From Celeribacter sp. (lineage in GTDB: Bacteria > Pseudomonadota > Alphaproteobacteria > Rhodobacterales > Rhodobacteraceae), in NCBI RefSeq assembly GCF_048266585.1, contig NZ_JBLWZF010000014.1: a DNA stretch of 64,000 bases, one strand, 5' to 3'. Position 1 is the first letter of the stretch. The number at the start of each line of letters is the position of its first letter. The translations under genes were made by a program, and so were the position numbers. Under the pieces are notes generated by a model. The model saw nothing but the letters and a program-made list of their open reading frames with translations, searched no databases and was not told where the DNA came from. Positions 37,679-47,983 of the stretch are shown here, in pieces.

Positions 37679-37693
37679 GTTCTCTTTTTGTGC
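37679..37693. promoter_or_regulatory. imperfect alphaproteobacterial SOS box GTTC-N7-GTGC
   Basis: GTTCTCTTTTTGTGC was read directly upstream of recA. Confidence 0.45.
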
Positions 37694-37709
37694 TCATAAG
37701 GATAAATAA

Positions 37710-37724
37710 GAACAAGAGGCGAAC
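37710..37724. promoter_or_regulatory. alphaproteobacterial LexA (SOS) box GAAC-N7-GAAC
   Basis: GAACAAGAGGCGAAC lies about 90 bp upstream of the recA ATG. It matches the direct-repeat LexA site described for Rhodobacter and Rhizobium. Confidence 0.7.
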
Positions 37725-37812
37725 ACGAGCTCCGCATAGGACCCCGACCAATACGCGCCACAGATTGCGTGATGGACGCTTTGGAACGGGTGTGAAATAA
37801 GGAATTAAACAG

Positions 37813-38892
37813 ATGGCAACGGCGACCAAAGACATGGCAAAGAACGACAAGCAAAACGGGGACAAGCAGAAGGCGCTCGACAGCGCGCTGGCCCAGATCG
37901 AGCGGCAATTTGGCAAAGGCTCGATCATGAAGCTGGGCGCCGACAACCCGGTGCAGGAAATCGCGTCGACCTCGACGGGCTCTCTGGGCCTCGACATCGC
38001 GCTTGGCATTGGCGGTATTCCGAAAGGTCGGATTGTCGAGATTTACGGCCCGGAATCTTCGGGCAAAACCACGCTGACGCTCCATTGTGTGGCCGAAGAA
38101 CAGAAAAAAGGCGGCGTTTGTGCCTTTGTCGATGCGGAACATGCGCTGGACCCGATCTATGCGAAAAAACTCGGCGTCGATCTCGATGAGTTGCTGATTT
38201 CCCAGCCGGACACCGGCGAGCAAGCGCTTGAAATCGTGGACACTCTGGTGCGTTCCGGCGCGGTGAGCCTTGTCGTCGTCGACTCGGTGGCGGCGCTGAC
38301 ACCGAAATCCGAGCTTGAAGGTGACATGGGCGACAGCTCCGTCGGTGTGCAGGCCCGTCTGATGTCTCAGGCGATGCGTAAACTGACCGGGTCGATCAGC
38401 CGCTCGAAATGTACCGTGATCTTCATCAACCAGATCCGCATGAAGATCGGCGTGATGTTCGGGTCGCCCGAAACCACCACCGGCGGCAACGCGCTGAAAT
38501 TCTACTCCTCCGTGCGTCTGGACATCCGCCGCATTGGTGCGATCAAGGATCGTGACGAAGTCGTCGGCTCCGAAACCCGCGTGAAAGTGGTGAAAAACAA
38601 AGTCGCGCCGCCGTTCAAACAGGTGGAATTCGACATCATGTATGGCGAAGGCATCTCGAAAACCGGCGAGCTTCTGGACCTCGGCGTCAAAGCCGGTGTC
38701 GTGGACAAATCCGGTGCCTGGTTCTCCTACGGCGACGAGCGTGTGGGGCAGGGCCGCGAGAACGCGAAACGCTACCTCAAGGACAACCCCCAGGTCGCGC
38801 TTGAGATCGAGGATAAAATCCGGGCCGCGCATGGTCTCGATTTCGATCTCGGCGATGATTTCGAGAAGGACGATCTGCTCGACGACGAGTGA
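37813..38892 (+). CDS. recA: recombinase RecA
   Basis: 359 aa, with [19 protein letters not shown] and Walker A (GPESSGKTT). Confidence 0.97.
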   Translation: MATATKDMAKNDKQNGDKQKALDSALAQIERQFGKGSIMKLGADNPVQEIASTSTGSLGLDIALGIGGIPKGRIVEIYGPESSGKTTLTLHCVAEEQKKGGVCAFVDAEHALDPIYAKKLGVDLDELLISQPDTGEQALEIVDTLVRSGAVSLVVVDSVAALTPKSELEGDMGDSSVGVQARLMSQAMRKLTGSISRSKCTVIFINQIRMKIGVMFGSPETTTGGNALKFYSSVRLDIRRIGAIKDRDEVVGSETRVKVVKNKVAPPFKQVEFDIMYGEGISKTGELLDLGVKAGVVDKSGAWFSYGDERVGQGRENAKRYLKDNPQVALEIEDKIRAAHGLDFDLGDDFEKDDLLDDE

Positions 38893-38913
38893 GATCACCG
38901 CTGAGATCACCGC
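38890..38913. repeat. 12-bp tandem duplication TGAGATCACCGC x2 that includes the recA stop codon
   Basis: Read directly from the sequence. Confidence 0.9.
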
Positions 38914-38948
38914 GACAATCTGATTTCAAAGCATTAGATTAAAACAAA

Positions 38949-38973
38949 GGGCCGACGCGTTTCGGCCCTTTTT
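38949..38973 (+). terminator. rho-independent terminator of recA
   Basis: GGGCCGA-CGCGTT-TCGGCCC followed by TTTTT. Confidence 0.8.
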
Positions 38974-39055
38974 GCTGTCGCGCGTTATGGACAGCCCCGC
39001 GTGAGAACGGTAAACCGGCTTGAATGCCAAGAAAACCCGCAAGGACGCGCCCCAC

Positions 39056-41719
39056 ATGCCCAGCGTGAACGACATCCGCTCTACCTTTCTCAACTATTTT
39101 GAACGCAACGGTCACACCGTCGTGGACAGTTCGCCGCTTGTGCCGCGCAACGACCCGACCCTGATGTTCACCAACTCCGGGATGGTGCAGTTCAAGAACT
39201 GCTTCACCGGGCTGGAAAAACGCGATTACGTGCGGGCCACCACGGCGCAGAAATGTGTGCGCGCAGGCGGCAAACACAACGATCTGGACAATGTCGGCTA
39301 CACGGCGCGGCACCACACGTTCTTTGAGATGCTCGGCAACTTTTCCTTTGGCGATTACTTCAAACACGAGGCGATCCCCTTTGCCTGGGAGCTGATCACC
39401 CGCGATTTCGACATCCCGAAAGATAAACTCTACACCACCGTCTATCACACCGATGACGAGGCGTTTGAGATTTGGAAAAAGGTCGGCGTGCCGGAAGATC
39501 GGATCATCCGCATCGCCACCTCGGACAACTTCTGGCAGATGGGCGACACCGGGCCTTGTGGTCCCTGCACCGAGATTTTCTACGATCACGGCGATCACAT
39601 CTGGGGTGGCCCTCCGGGCTCGCCCGAAGAGGACGGGGACCGTTTCATCGAGATCTGGAACCTCGTGTTCATGCAGAACGAGAAATTCGCCGACGGCACG
39701 ATGACCGATCTCGACATGCAGTCGATCGACACGGGCATGGGGCTTGAACGGATTTCGGCGCTGTTGCAGGGCAGCCACGACAACTACGACACCGACATGA
39801 TGAAGTCGCTGATCGAGGCCTCGGCGCATGCGACCTCTGTCGATCCTTATGGTGACAAGAACGTCCACCACCGGGTGATCGCGGATCACCTGCGCTCGAC
39901 GTCCTTCCTCATTGCCGATGGTGTGATGCCGTCGAATGAGGGCCGGGGCTATGTGCTCCGCCGCATCATGCGCCGCGCCATGCGTCACGCGCACCTCTTG
40001 GGCGCGAAAGATCCGATCATGCACAAACTCGTGCCGGAATTGGTGCGTCAGATGGGCGATGCCTATCCGGAGTTGCGCATCGGTCAGGCGATGATCGAAG
40101 AGACGCTTAAGCTCGAAGAAACCCGGTTTATCCAGACGCTGGATCGTGGTCTGAAACTGTTGGAAGACGAGCTTGTGGACCTGCCCGAGGGCGAAAAGCT
40201 TCCGGGCGAGGCGGCGTTCAAGCTCTATGACACCTACGGGTTCCCGCTCGATTTGACCCAGGACGCGCTGCGCGAAAAGGGCGTCGAGGTCGACACCTCC
40301 GGCTTCGATAGTGCCATGGCCGAACAAAAAGCCAAGGCACGTGCCGCTTGGGCCGGCTCTGGCGAGGCGGCGGATGCGACCGTCTGGTATGACATCGCGG
40401 AAGACAAAGGCACCACGGAATTCCTGGGCTACGACACCGAGAAGGCCGAGGGCGAGATCGTGGCACTCGTCAAAGACGGCGCGCGCGTGGACAGCGTCAA
40501 AGAGGGCGACACGGTGCAAATCGTGGTCAACCAGACGCCGTTTTATGGCGAGTCTGGTGGTCAGGTCGGGGACACCGGCGTGATCCGCGTGGAAAAATCC
40601 ATCGCCAAGGTGACCGACACGAAAAAGGTCGCGGGCGTCTTTATTCATTTCGCGACCATCGAGTCTGGCGAGATCAAAGTCGGCGCACCGGCCGCTCTTG
40701 AGGTCGATCACACCCGCCGGTCTGCCATCCGCGCCAACCACTCCGCGACGCACCTGTTGCACGAGGCGCTGCGCGAGGCTTTGGGCGATCACGTCGCACA
40801 GCGCGGCTCGCTGAATGCGCCGGATCGTCTGCGCTTCGACTTCTCGCACGCAAAGGCGCTGAGCGCCGAGGAAATCGCCAAAGTCGAGGCCGACATCAAC
40901 CTCTACATCCGCCAGAACACGGCTGTGGAAACTCGGATCATGACGCCCGACGACGCCCGCGAGTTGGGTGCGCAGGCACTCTTCGGTGAGAAATACGGCG
41001 AAGAGGTCCGCGTGGTCTCCATGGGGACGGCAGACACCGGCAAGGGCACCGATGGCAAGACCTATTCCATCGAGCTTTGCGGCGGCACCCATGTCAAACG
41101 CACGGGCGACATTGGCCTTTGTGTGATCCTGGGCGACAGCGCCTCGTCGGCCGGTGTGCGCCGGATCGAGGCCCTCACGGGGCAGGCGGCTTTGGCGCAT
41201 CTTGAGACTGAAGCGCACCGTGCGAATGAGATCGCCAACCTGTTGAAAACCCCGGTCTCCGAGGTCGTGGATCGCGTGAAATCGCTGTCGGACGAGCGCA
41301 AACGCCTCGAACAGGAAGTCGCCAATCTCAAACAACAGATCGCACTTGGTGGTGGCATGGGGGGAGGTGCCAAAGGCGGTGCCGAGGCTCAGGATGTGAA
41401 CGGCATTCCGTTCCTCGCACAAGCGCTGCAAGGCGTTTCCGGCAAGGATCTGCGTGGCTTGATCGATGCGCATAAAAACAACCTCGGCTCCGGCGTGATC
41501 CTGTTGATCGCGGAAGAGGACGGCAAGGTCGCTGTGGCCTGTGGTGTGACCGACGACCTGATCGACAAAGTCTCTGCTGTGGACGTGCTCAAGGCCGCCG
41601 TGCCTGCCGTCGGTGGCAAAGGCGGCGGTGGCCGTCCCGATATGGCGCAGGGCGGGGGTAAGGACTTCGCGGGCGCCGAGGCCGCGATTGAAGCCGCAGT
41701 TGCCCTGTTGAAAGGATAA
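39056..41719 (+). CDS. alaS: alanine--tRNA ligase
   Basis: I chose the ATG at 39056 ([20 protein letters not shown]). Class II aaRS motifs, an editing domain and a C-terminal DHHA1-like domain are present. Confidence 0.95.
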   Translation: MPSVNDIRSTFLNYFERNGHTVVDSSPLVPRNDPTLMFTNSGMVQFKNCFTGLEKRDYVRATTAQKCVRAGGKHNDLDNVGYTARHHTFFEMLGNFSFGDYFKHEAIPFAWELITRDFDIPKDKLYTTVYHTDDEAFEIWKKVGVPEDRIIRIATSDNFWQMGDTGPCGPCTEIFYDHGDHIWGGPPGSPEEDGDRFIEIWNLVFMQNEKFADGTMTDLDMQSIDTGMGLERISALLQGSHDNYDTDMMKSLIEASAHATSVDPYGDKNVHHRVIADHLRSTSFLIADGVMPSNEGRGYVLRRIMRRAMRHAHLLGAKDPIMHKLVPELVRQMGDAYPELRIGQAMIEETLKLEETRFIQTLDRGLKLLEDELVDLPEGEKLPGEAAFKLYDTYGFPLDLTQDALREKGVEVDTSGFDSAMAEQKAKARAAWAGSGEAADATVWYDIAEDKGTTEFLGYDTEKAEGEIVALVKDGARVDSVKEGDTVQIVVNQTPFYGESGGQVGDTGVIRVEKSIAKVTDTKKVAGVFIHFATIESGEIKVGAPAALEVDHTRRSAIRANHSATHLLHEALREALGDHVAQRGSLNAPDRLRFDFSHAKALSAEEIAKVEADINLYIRQNTAVETRIMTPDDARELGAQALFGEKYGEEVRVVSMGTADTGKGTDGKTYSIELCGGTHVKRTGDIGLCVILGDSASSAGVRRIEALTGQAALAHLETEAHRANEIANLLKTPVSEVVDRVKSLSDERKRLEQEVANLKQQIALGGGMGGGAKGGAEAQDVNGIPFLAQALQGVSGKDLRGLIDAHKNNLGSGVILLIAEEDGKVAVACGVTDDLIDKVSAVDVLKAAVPAVGGKGGGGRPDMAQGGGKDFAGAEAAIEAAVALLKG

Positions 41720-41722
41720 ACC

Positions 41723-42010
41723 ATGCCAGCCCTTTGGATTGCCCATGTGACCGTCACCGACGAGGAGGCCTATGGCAAATACGCCAAACTGGCCGGTCCT
41801 GCGATTGCCAAACACGGCGGCAAGTTCATCGCCCGCGCCGCACGTTACGTGCAGCTTGAGGGCAAAGAACGTCCGCGCAATGTGGTGGCGAAATTCGACA
41901 CGGTTGAGGCCGCTGTCGCTTGCTACCACTCGCCGGAATACCAAGAGGCCCTGAGCCATGCCAAAGGTGCTTCTGAGCGAGAGCTTTTGGTGGTCGAAAC
42001 GGAAGAGTAA
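41723..42010 (+). CDS. DUF1330 domain protein
   Basis: 95 aa (MPALWIAHVTVTDEEAYGKYAKLAGPAIAKHGGKFIARA...), the typical DUF1330 pattern. Confidence 0.7.
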   Translation: MPALWIAHVTVTDEEAYGKYAKLAGPAIAKHGGKFIARAARYVQLEGKERPRNVVAKFDTVEAAVACYHSPEYQEALSHAKGASERELLVVETEE

Positions 42011-42030
42011 GACCCCTCACCGAATGTGAG

Positions 42031-42060
42031 AACGGCGCGGGAATTTCCCGCGCCGTTTTT
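42031..42060 (+). terminator. rho-independent terminator after alaS-DUF1330
   Basis: AACGGCGCGGGA-ATT-TCCCGCGCCGTT followed by TTT. It overlaps the stop of the convergent VOC gene. Confidence 0.75.
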
Positions 42061-42647
42061 CATGTCTCAAAGGGATTTTTCGCGGCGCGATCAGAGGAGA
42101 GCGTCTTCGTCCCCTCGCGCACCAGCTCCTCAATCGCGTCTGCCAGATGTACCGTGTCGATATGGTCATCTCTCGCCGCCACACGGATCAGATGCGCGCG
42201 GTGCAGCACATCGGTGTGGGTGTAGCCCAAAGGCGGCTCAAAGCGGTAGGACGCCAGTTCGATCAACATGCCATTCGGTTCACGGAAATAGATGCTGTCC
42301 ATGAACCCGCGATCCTTGACGCCCGAGTGTTTCACGCCGCGCGCGTCGAGCCGCGCGACCACCTGATTAAAGGTCACTTTCGAGACATTGAACGCGAGGT
42401 GATGCAGAGACCCCGGCCCCTGGTCGATCCTGTGCCGTCCCGGTTTGCGATCCTCTGAGGTGAAAACCGTGATCAGCCTCCCGTCGCCCGGATCGAAATA
42501 GAGATGGCCGTCCTCGGGCTTGTCGAGATTGGGTTGATCAAAGACGAAAGGCATGCCCAGCACACCCTCCCAAAAGTCGATGGTCGACTGGCGGTCCGCG
42601 CCGGTGATAGTGATGTGATGCACGCCCTGAGTTTGGATTTTGCGCAT
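42060..42647 (-). CDS. VOC-family (glyoxalase/ring-cleaving dioxygenase-like) protein
   Basis: 195 aa (GVHHITITGADRQSTIDFWEGVLGMPFV, SLHHLAFNV, IYFREPNGMLIE). Confidence 0.7.
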   Translation of the reverse strand: MRKIQTQGVHHITITGADRQSTIDFWEGVLGMPFVFDQPNLDKPEDGHLYFDPGDGRLITVFTSEDRKPGRHRIDQGPGSLHHLAFNVSKVTFNQVVARLDARGVKHSGVKDRGFMDSIYFREPNGMLIELASYRFEPPLGYTHTDVLHRAHLIRVAARDDHIDTVHLADAIEELVREGTKTLSSDRAAKNPFET

Positions 42648-42791
42648 GGCCTGTCTCCTTTGAGATCAAGATAGCGCAATCAGGCCGAAATCCTAAGCCC
42701 GACGCCCGCACAGACTCTGCGCGCCAAAGCGAAAGGCCCGCTGGTGAGGGCGAGCCTTTGGTTTCCTTTGTGCCTGAAATACTCAGACGAT

Positions 42792-44612
42792 TTAGATCTG
42801 AGCCGCCTTGGCGTTGCGCTTGCGCTCATGCGGGTCGAGGTAGCGTTTGCGCAGGCGGATGCTCTCCGGCGTCACTTCGACCAGCTCATCGTCGTTGATG
42901 TAAGCGATGGCTTCTTCCAGAGACAGCGTCACCGGAGTCGTCAGGCGCACCGCGTCGTCCGTGCCAGAGGCGCGCACGTTGGTGAGTTTTTTGCCTTTGA
43001 GCGGGTTCACTTCGAGATCGTTGTCGCGGGAATGTTCGCCGATGATCATGCCTTGGTAAACCTTGGCTTGCGCCCCAATGAAGAGCTTGCCGCGTTCTTC
43101 GAGGTTCCACAGCGCGTAGGCCACGGATTCACCGTCTTCCATGGAGATCAGAACACCCTGACGACGGCCCGGGATCGGGCCTTTGTAGGCCACCCAGCCG
43201 TGGAACACGCGGTTCAAAACGCCGGTGCCGCGGGTGTCGGTGAGGAACTCGCCGTGGTAGCCGATGAGACCGCGCGACGGCACATGCGCGATGATGCGCG
43301 TTTTGCCGTTCTGCTGTTTCATCTCGGTCAGGTCGCCTTTGCGGGCCCCCGTCAGTTTCTCGATCACGGCGCCGGAGTATTCGTCATCCACGTCGACCGT
43401 GACTTCTTCGACTGGCTCCATGCGTTTGCCGTCTTCTTCCTTCATGATCACCTGCGGGCGGGAGATCGACAGTTCGAACCCTTCGCGACGCATGTTTTCA
43501 ATCAGCACGCCCATCTGCAATTCGCCACGGCCGGAGACCTCGAAGGCCTCGCCGCCGGGAGTGTCTTTGACCTTGATTGCGACGTTGGTTTCGGCCTCTT
43601 TCATGAGACGATCCCGGATCACGCGGGACTGGACCTTCTTGCCTTCGCGGCCAGCCAGCGGGCTGTCGTTGATGCCGAAGGTCACGGTGATGGTCGGCGG
43701 ATCGATCGGCTGAGCTTCGAGCGGCTCATCGACTTCCAGCGCACAGATCGTGTCGGAGACGGTCGCTTTCGCCATGCCCGAAAGCGATACGATGTCGCCC
43801 GCGATGGCTTCGTCGATCTCTGCCATGGCGAGACCGCGGAAGGCTTGGATTTTCTTGACCTGGAATTGTTCGATCTTTTGGCCGTTGCGGGTCAGGGCCT
43901 GCACGGTGGCACCGGCTTTGATTTTGCCGCTTTCAACGCGACCGGTCAGAAGGCGGCCGAGGAACGGGTCAGACCCCAGCGTGGTGGCGAGCATTTTGAA
44001 CGGCTCGGTCTGGTGCTTGAGCTGACGCGGGGCCGGGACGTGGTTCAGGATCAGGTTAAAGAGCGCATCGAGGTTCTTGCGCGGCCCATCGAGTTCCGCA
44101 TCACACCAGCCGGAACGACCGGAGGCGTAGAGATGCGGGAAGTCGAGCTGATCGTCATTGGCGTCCAAGGAGGCGAAGAGGTCGAAACATTCGTCCAGCG
44201 CGCGGTCGGGCTCGGCGTCCGGTTTGTCGACTTTGTTGAGGACAACGATCGGGCGCAGGCCCAGAGCCAGCGCTTTCGAGGTCACGAATTTCGTTTGCGG
44301 CATCGGACCTTCGGCGGCGTCTACCAAAAGGACGACCCCGTCCACCATGGAGAGGATGCGTTCAACCTCGGCGCCAAAGTCGGCGTGGCCGGGCGTGTCG
44401 ACGATGTTGATGCGATGGCCTTTCCATTCGACCGACGTGGCTTTCGCCAGAATGGTGATGCCGCGCTCACGCTCCAGATCGTTGGAGTCCATGGCGCGTT
44501 CGGTGGTGGCCTGGTTTTCGCGGTAAGTGCCCGACTGTTTCAGAAGCTCGTCCACAAGCGTGGTTTTGCCGTGGTCAACGTGGGCGATGATGGCGATATT
44601 GCGAAGATCCAT
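42792..44612 (-). CDS. typA: translational GTPase TypA/BipA
   Basis: I chose the ATG at 44612 ([28 protein letters not shown]). The 701-aa track ORF has a 95-aa non-homologous extension. Confidence 0.95.
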   Translation of the reverse strand: MDLRNIAIIAHVDHGKTTLVDELLKQSGTYRENQATTERAMDSNDLERERGITILAKATSVEWKGHRINIVDTPGHADFGAEVERILSMVDGVVLLVDAAEGPMPQTKFVTSKALALGLRPIVVLNKVDKPDAEPDRALDECFDLFASLDANDDQLDFPHLYASGRSGWCDAELDGPRKNLDALFNLILNHVPAPRQLKHQTEPFKMLATTLGSDPFLGRLLTGRVESGKIKAGATVQALTRNGQKIEQFQVKKIQAFRGLAMAEIDEAIAGDIVSLSGMAKATVSDTICALEVDEPLEAQPIDPPTITVTFGINDSPLAGREGKKVQSRVIRDRLMKEAETNVAIKVKDTPGGEAFEVSGRGELQMGVLIENMRREGFELSISRPQVIMKEEDGKRMEPVEEVTVDVDDEYSGAVIEKLTGARKGDLTEMKQQNGKTRIIAHVPSRGLIGYHGEFLTDTRGTGVLNRVFHGWVAYKGPIPGRRQGVLISMEDGESVAYALWNLEERGKLFIGAQAKVYQGMIIGEHSRDNDLEVNPLKGKKLTNVRASGTDDAVRLTTPVTLSLEEAIAYINDDELVEVTPESIRLRKRYLDPHERKRNAKAAQI

Positions 44613-44851
44613 AGGGTAGGGGTTTCCGTGGTGAAAATGAGTTGGCTTGCGCCTACCCCGGTCCGGAACAAAAAGCCAGACGTAAAACCGCTTTTTGGCG
44701 GTTTTAGGCGGTTTGACTCGGTTGCATGCGGGGATGCCCGCCGTTGCGAGGCATCTAGGGGGAAAAACGCCGCGGAATTTTCCCTTTGCAAAATCAGGCA
44801 ATTTCCGATTTTGACGCGCAATAAACTTTCTCAACGATAAGGGACATAAGA

Positions 44852-45904
44852 GTGCAAGACCAAGAGTATCGCCCGGTGGTGTTTTCCGGGACCGCACGCG
44901 AGTATTTCGGCGTGTGGATCGTCAATCTTCTTTTGAGCATTGTGACGCTCGGCATTTATTCGGCCTGGGCCAAGGTGCGTCGGTTGAAATATTTCCACCA
45001 ACATACCGAGATCGAGGGCCGTCGCTTCGACTATCACGCCACCGGCAAACAGATTTTCATCGGCCGCCTGATCGTGATCGCCGCCATCGTGGTGTTGCAG
45101 ATCGTCACGGCCGTTCTGCCACCGCTGGGGATTTTGCTCTGGCTCGGCGTGCTGATCTATGTGCCGACGCTGATCAACAAAGCCCTTCGCTTCCGCGCCC
45201 GCATGACCTCCTGGTCGGGACTGCGGTTCGATTTCGAGGGCAGCTATTGGGGCGCGTTGCGCACGCTGATCCTCTATCCGGTGCTGTCCCTGTTCACGCT
45301 TTACCTGGCGCTGCCCTTCGTGATCCGCGCGCAGCACAGCTACACCACCAACAACCACCGCTTCGGGACGGCGAAATTCCATTTCGAAAGCCCCATCGGC
45401 CCGTTCTACAAAGCCTTCGTCTTTGCCATCCTGTGGATGGCGGTGATCGGCGGGGTTGGCTTCTGGGCGCTCGGCGCGGGCGAGCTGTTCACGTCTCTGG
45501 CGATGGAAACCGCTGAGCCGACGCCGGAAATGATGATCCGTTTCGGTCTGATCTACGTGGTGGCTCTGGTGGCGATTGTGCCGATGGCCTTCATCTATCA
45601 GGCCTTCCTGCGCAATGCCGTCTTTGCGGGCACCGAATTGGAAGGCGGGCATAAGTTCCGTTCGACCATCTCGCCGGCGGGTCTTCTCTGGGTGGCCTTC
45701 TCCAACGCCTTCTTCGTGGTGATCTCCTTGGGTCTTCTGACGCCGCTCGCCCATGTCCGCATGTCGCGCTATCTGGCCGCGAACACCTTTGTCGCGCCCA
45801 ACGGCTCGCTCGATGAATTCATCGGCGGCGAGGCTCAGAAAACTTCGGCCATTGGCGACGCCTATGTCGATATCGAGGGCATCGACCTCGGCATGGCCAT
45901 CTAA
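44852..45904 (+). CDS. DUF898 (YjgN-family) membrane protein
   Basis: 350 aa (FSGTAREYFGVWIVNLLLSIVTLGIYSAWAKVRRLKYF), with the internal duplication typical of DUF898. Confidence 0.7.
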   Translation: MQDQEYRPVVFSGTAREYFGVWIVNLLLSIVTLGIYSAWAKVRRLKYFHQHTEIEGRRFDYHATGKQIFIGRLIVIAAIVVLQIVTAVLPPLGILLWLGVLIYVPTLINKALRFRARMTSWSGLRFDFEGSYWGALRTLILYPVLSLFTLYLALPFVIRAQHSYTTNNHRFGTAKFHFESPIGPFYKAFVFAILWMAVIGGVGFWALGAGELFTSLAMETAEPTPEMMIRFGLIYVVALVAIVPMAFIYQAFLRNAVFAGTELEGGHKFRSTISPAGLLWVAFSNAFFVVISLGLLTPLAHVRMSRYLAANTFVAPNGSLDEFIGGEAQKTSAIGDAYVDIEGIDLGMAI

Positions 45905-45907
45905 GTG

Positions 45908-46921
45908 ATGGCGGAGAGCTACACATCGGTTCGGGGGCAGGCCTATGCCCCCGGCACCTCTCGCCTCATCGCGGCGGAGTTGAAACGCAATGGCGTGGAG
46001 ATCCTGTTGTGCGACGCGGCGGGCGAAGTTTTAACCCGTGGTGCGCCCATCGACCATGAGACCGGCCCTGCGGGGCGCGATGTTTTGAGCTTTGCCGATG
46101 GGATGCGGTTTGAGACGACGGACCGTGACGGCCTGCGCGCGCTTGGCGTGATCGCTTCAGACGGCTGGCTCGCCCGGCTTGAGGGCTGGCATCCGCGTCT
46201 GGCGCTTGTGGTCGTAGTCTGCCTTTTGGGCGCGATTGCGATCTGGCGCTGGGGGCTTGATCTCTTGGTCTCTCTGGCGATCCTTGCGACGCCTGCGCCT
46301 TTGGTCACAAGCATGGATCGCGGCAATATGCTGATGATCGACCGCACCATGGCCGAGGAGAGTGACCTCTCTTTAGAACGACAGGCTGAGGTCCGCGAGA
46401 TTTTCGCCACGCTGAGCGCCGTCGCGCCGGAGGCCCCCTACGGCGCCTACAGGCTTGAATTCCGTGACATTGACGACATGGGCCCCAATGCCTTTGCGCT
46501 GCCCGGTGGCACCATCGTTGTGACTGACGCTTTGGTCGAGCAATTCGGAGACGACGACATCCTCGCGGGCGTCCTTGGGCATGAGATGGCCCATATCAGC
46601 GAACGCCATTCGCTGCGCCAACTCTATCGCTCGCTGTCGGTCTATGTGCTGATCGGCATGATGGCGGGCGACGTGGGGCCGGTGTTGGAGGATCTGATCC
46701 TCGACGGCGGTGTTGTCCTGTCGCTGGCCTATTCGCGCGCGCATGAGCGCGTGGCGGATGACGTCGGCGTGCGCACGGCGGAGGCGGCGGGCTATGACGG
46801 TACAGCCTTGGCCGGGTTCTTCGACGAGTTGGATCGCCGCTATGGCGGGATTGGGCCGGAATGGATGTCGACCCATCCGGAGTCTGCGGAGCGCGCGGCG
46901 CGCATTCGCGAGATGCAATAA
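45908..46921 (+). CDS. M48-family zinc metallopeptidase
   Basis: It has the HEXXH motif (GVLGHEMAHISERH) and one or two TM segments. The start is the ATG at 45908 or the GTG at 45905, immediately after the DUF898 stop. Confidence 0.8.
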   Translation: MAESYTSVRGQAYAPGTSRLIAAELKRNGVEILLCDAAGEVLTRGAPIDHETGPAGRDVLSFADGMRFETTDRDGLRALGVIASDGWLARLEGWHPRLALVVVVCLLGAIAIWRWGLDLLVSLAILATPAPLVTSMDRGNMLMIDRTMAEESDLSLERQAEVREIFATLSAVAPEAPYGAYRLEFRDIDDMGPNAFALPGGTIVVTDALVEQFGDDDILAGVLGHEMAHISERHSLRQLYRSLSVYVLIGMMAGDVGPVLEDLILDGGVVLSLAYSRAHERVADDVGVRTAEAAGYDGTALAGFFDELDRRYGGIGPEWMSTHPESAERAARIREMQ

Positions 46922-46975
46922 GGATCGGGCGGGCTTTGGCCCGTCCGAGACCTTTCCGGGACCTTTTCCGGGACC

Positions 46976-47311
46976 TCAATGCGAGGCGGTCTGCGAGAAC
47001 AGGTGGATCACTAGAACGCCCGCGATGATCATCGACATGCCAAGGATCGCCGGCAGGTCGAGCTTTTGCCCCAGAAACACCAGCCCGATCAGAGAAATCA
47101 GCACAATCCCCAACCCCGACCAGACCGCATAGGCGATGCCGACCGGCACGACTTTGAGCGTTTGCGACAGGAAGTAGAATGACAGCCCGTAGGACACCAC
47201 GAGGATCAGAACGGGGATCAGCTTGGTGAATTGCTGGGAGGCGGCCATGGCGGTGGTGCCGATCACCTCGAAACAGATCGCAAGGATGAGAAAGATGTAT
47301 TGGGTCGGCAT
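46976..47311 (-). CDS. SMR-family small multidrug/quaternary ammonium efflux protein
   Basis: 111 aa with four TM helices and a conserved Glu in TM1 (ILAICFEVIGTTAM). Confidence 0.8.
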   Translation of the reverse strand: MPTQYIFLILAICFEVIGTTAMAASQQFTKLIPVLILVVSYGLSFYFLSQTLKVVPVGIAYAVWSGLGIVLISLIGLVFLGQKLDLPAILGMSMIIAGVLVIHLFSQTASH

Positions 47312-47341
47312 CGGCGGGCTCTTTTCGGATAAGGCGTTGAG

Positions 47342-47974
47342 TTACATGGCGATGTAGCGGTCGCGGCGGTGGTTGATGGCGATCACGAGGTTGACGACCA
47401 CGGCCCCCACAAGAGAGTAGAGCACCAGCGGCAGCGGCATGATAAAGAAGGCGACGGCAAAGAGACAGGCGTCGAACGCAAGTTGGACATAGCCCGCTTT
47501 GACCCCGGTCGCATCCTGAAGATAGAGCGCGAGGATGCCGAGGCCGCCCAGAGAGCCGCCGTGGCGAAAGATCGCCATGAGGCCCGCGCCAGTCATGAAC
47601 CCAACCATGATAGCGCCGAACAAGGGTGTGATTGCCTCAAACGAGATCATGCTCGGGAACCATTCGGACAGCACGGAGATCAGCGCGACATTGATAAAGG
47701 TCTTGCCCACGAAGGTCTTGCCCATGCGTTTGTAGCCGAACCAGTAGAACGGCAGGTTCACGGCGAAGAACACCCAGCCGAAGGGCAGGCCGGTGACATA
47801 GGAAATCAACACGGCCAAGCCCGCCATCTGACCGGTGATCAGCCCCAAGGAGCGGAGCATCACGAGCGCAAAGGCGCACATGGAGGTGCCGAAGATATAG
47901 CCCTGAAGGTCCTCGAACCACGTGTGTTTCTCGGGCTTTTGCGCATCCGTTGGCATGATGTCCTCTTCGGTCAA
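47342..47974 (-). CDS. YitT-family membrane protein (paralogue 1)
   Basis: 210 aa polytopic protein. It is similar throughout to the adjacent ORF 47984..48607. Confidence 0.65.
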   Translation of the reverse strand: MTEEDIMPTDAQKPEKHTWFEDLQGYIFGTSMCAFALVMLRSLGLITGQMAGLAVLISYVTGLPFGWVFFAVNLPFYWFGYKRMGKTFVGKTFINVALISVLSEWFPSMISFEAITPLFGAIMVGFMTGAGLMAIFRHGGSLGGLGILALYLQDATGVKAGYVQLAFDACLFAVAFFIMPLPLVLYSLVGAVVVNLVIAINHRRDRYIAM

Positions 47975-47983
47975 GCGGTGGTG

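Noticed and set aside
42792-44897. N-terminally extended versions of several ORFs in the track: typA 701 aa, LacI 448 aa, aglE 471 aa, hpaD 346 aa, rplM 179 aa, alaS 899 aa, cyoB 681 aa.
   Set aside because: The extensions lack homology, and internal start codons reproduce the conserved family N-termini, often with an RBS. The extensions simply run upstream to the first in-frame start in stop-poor DNA.
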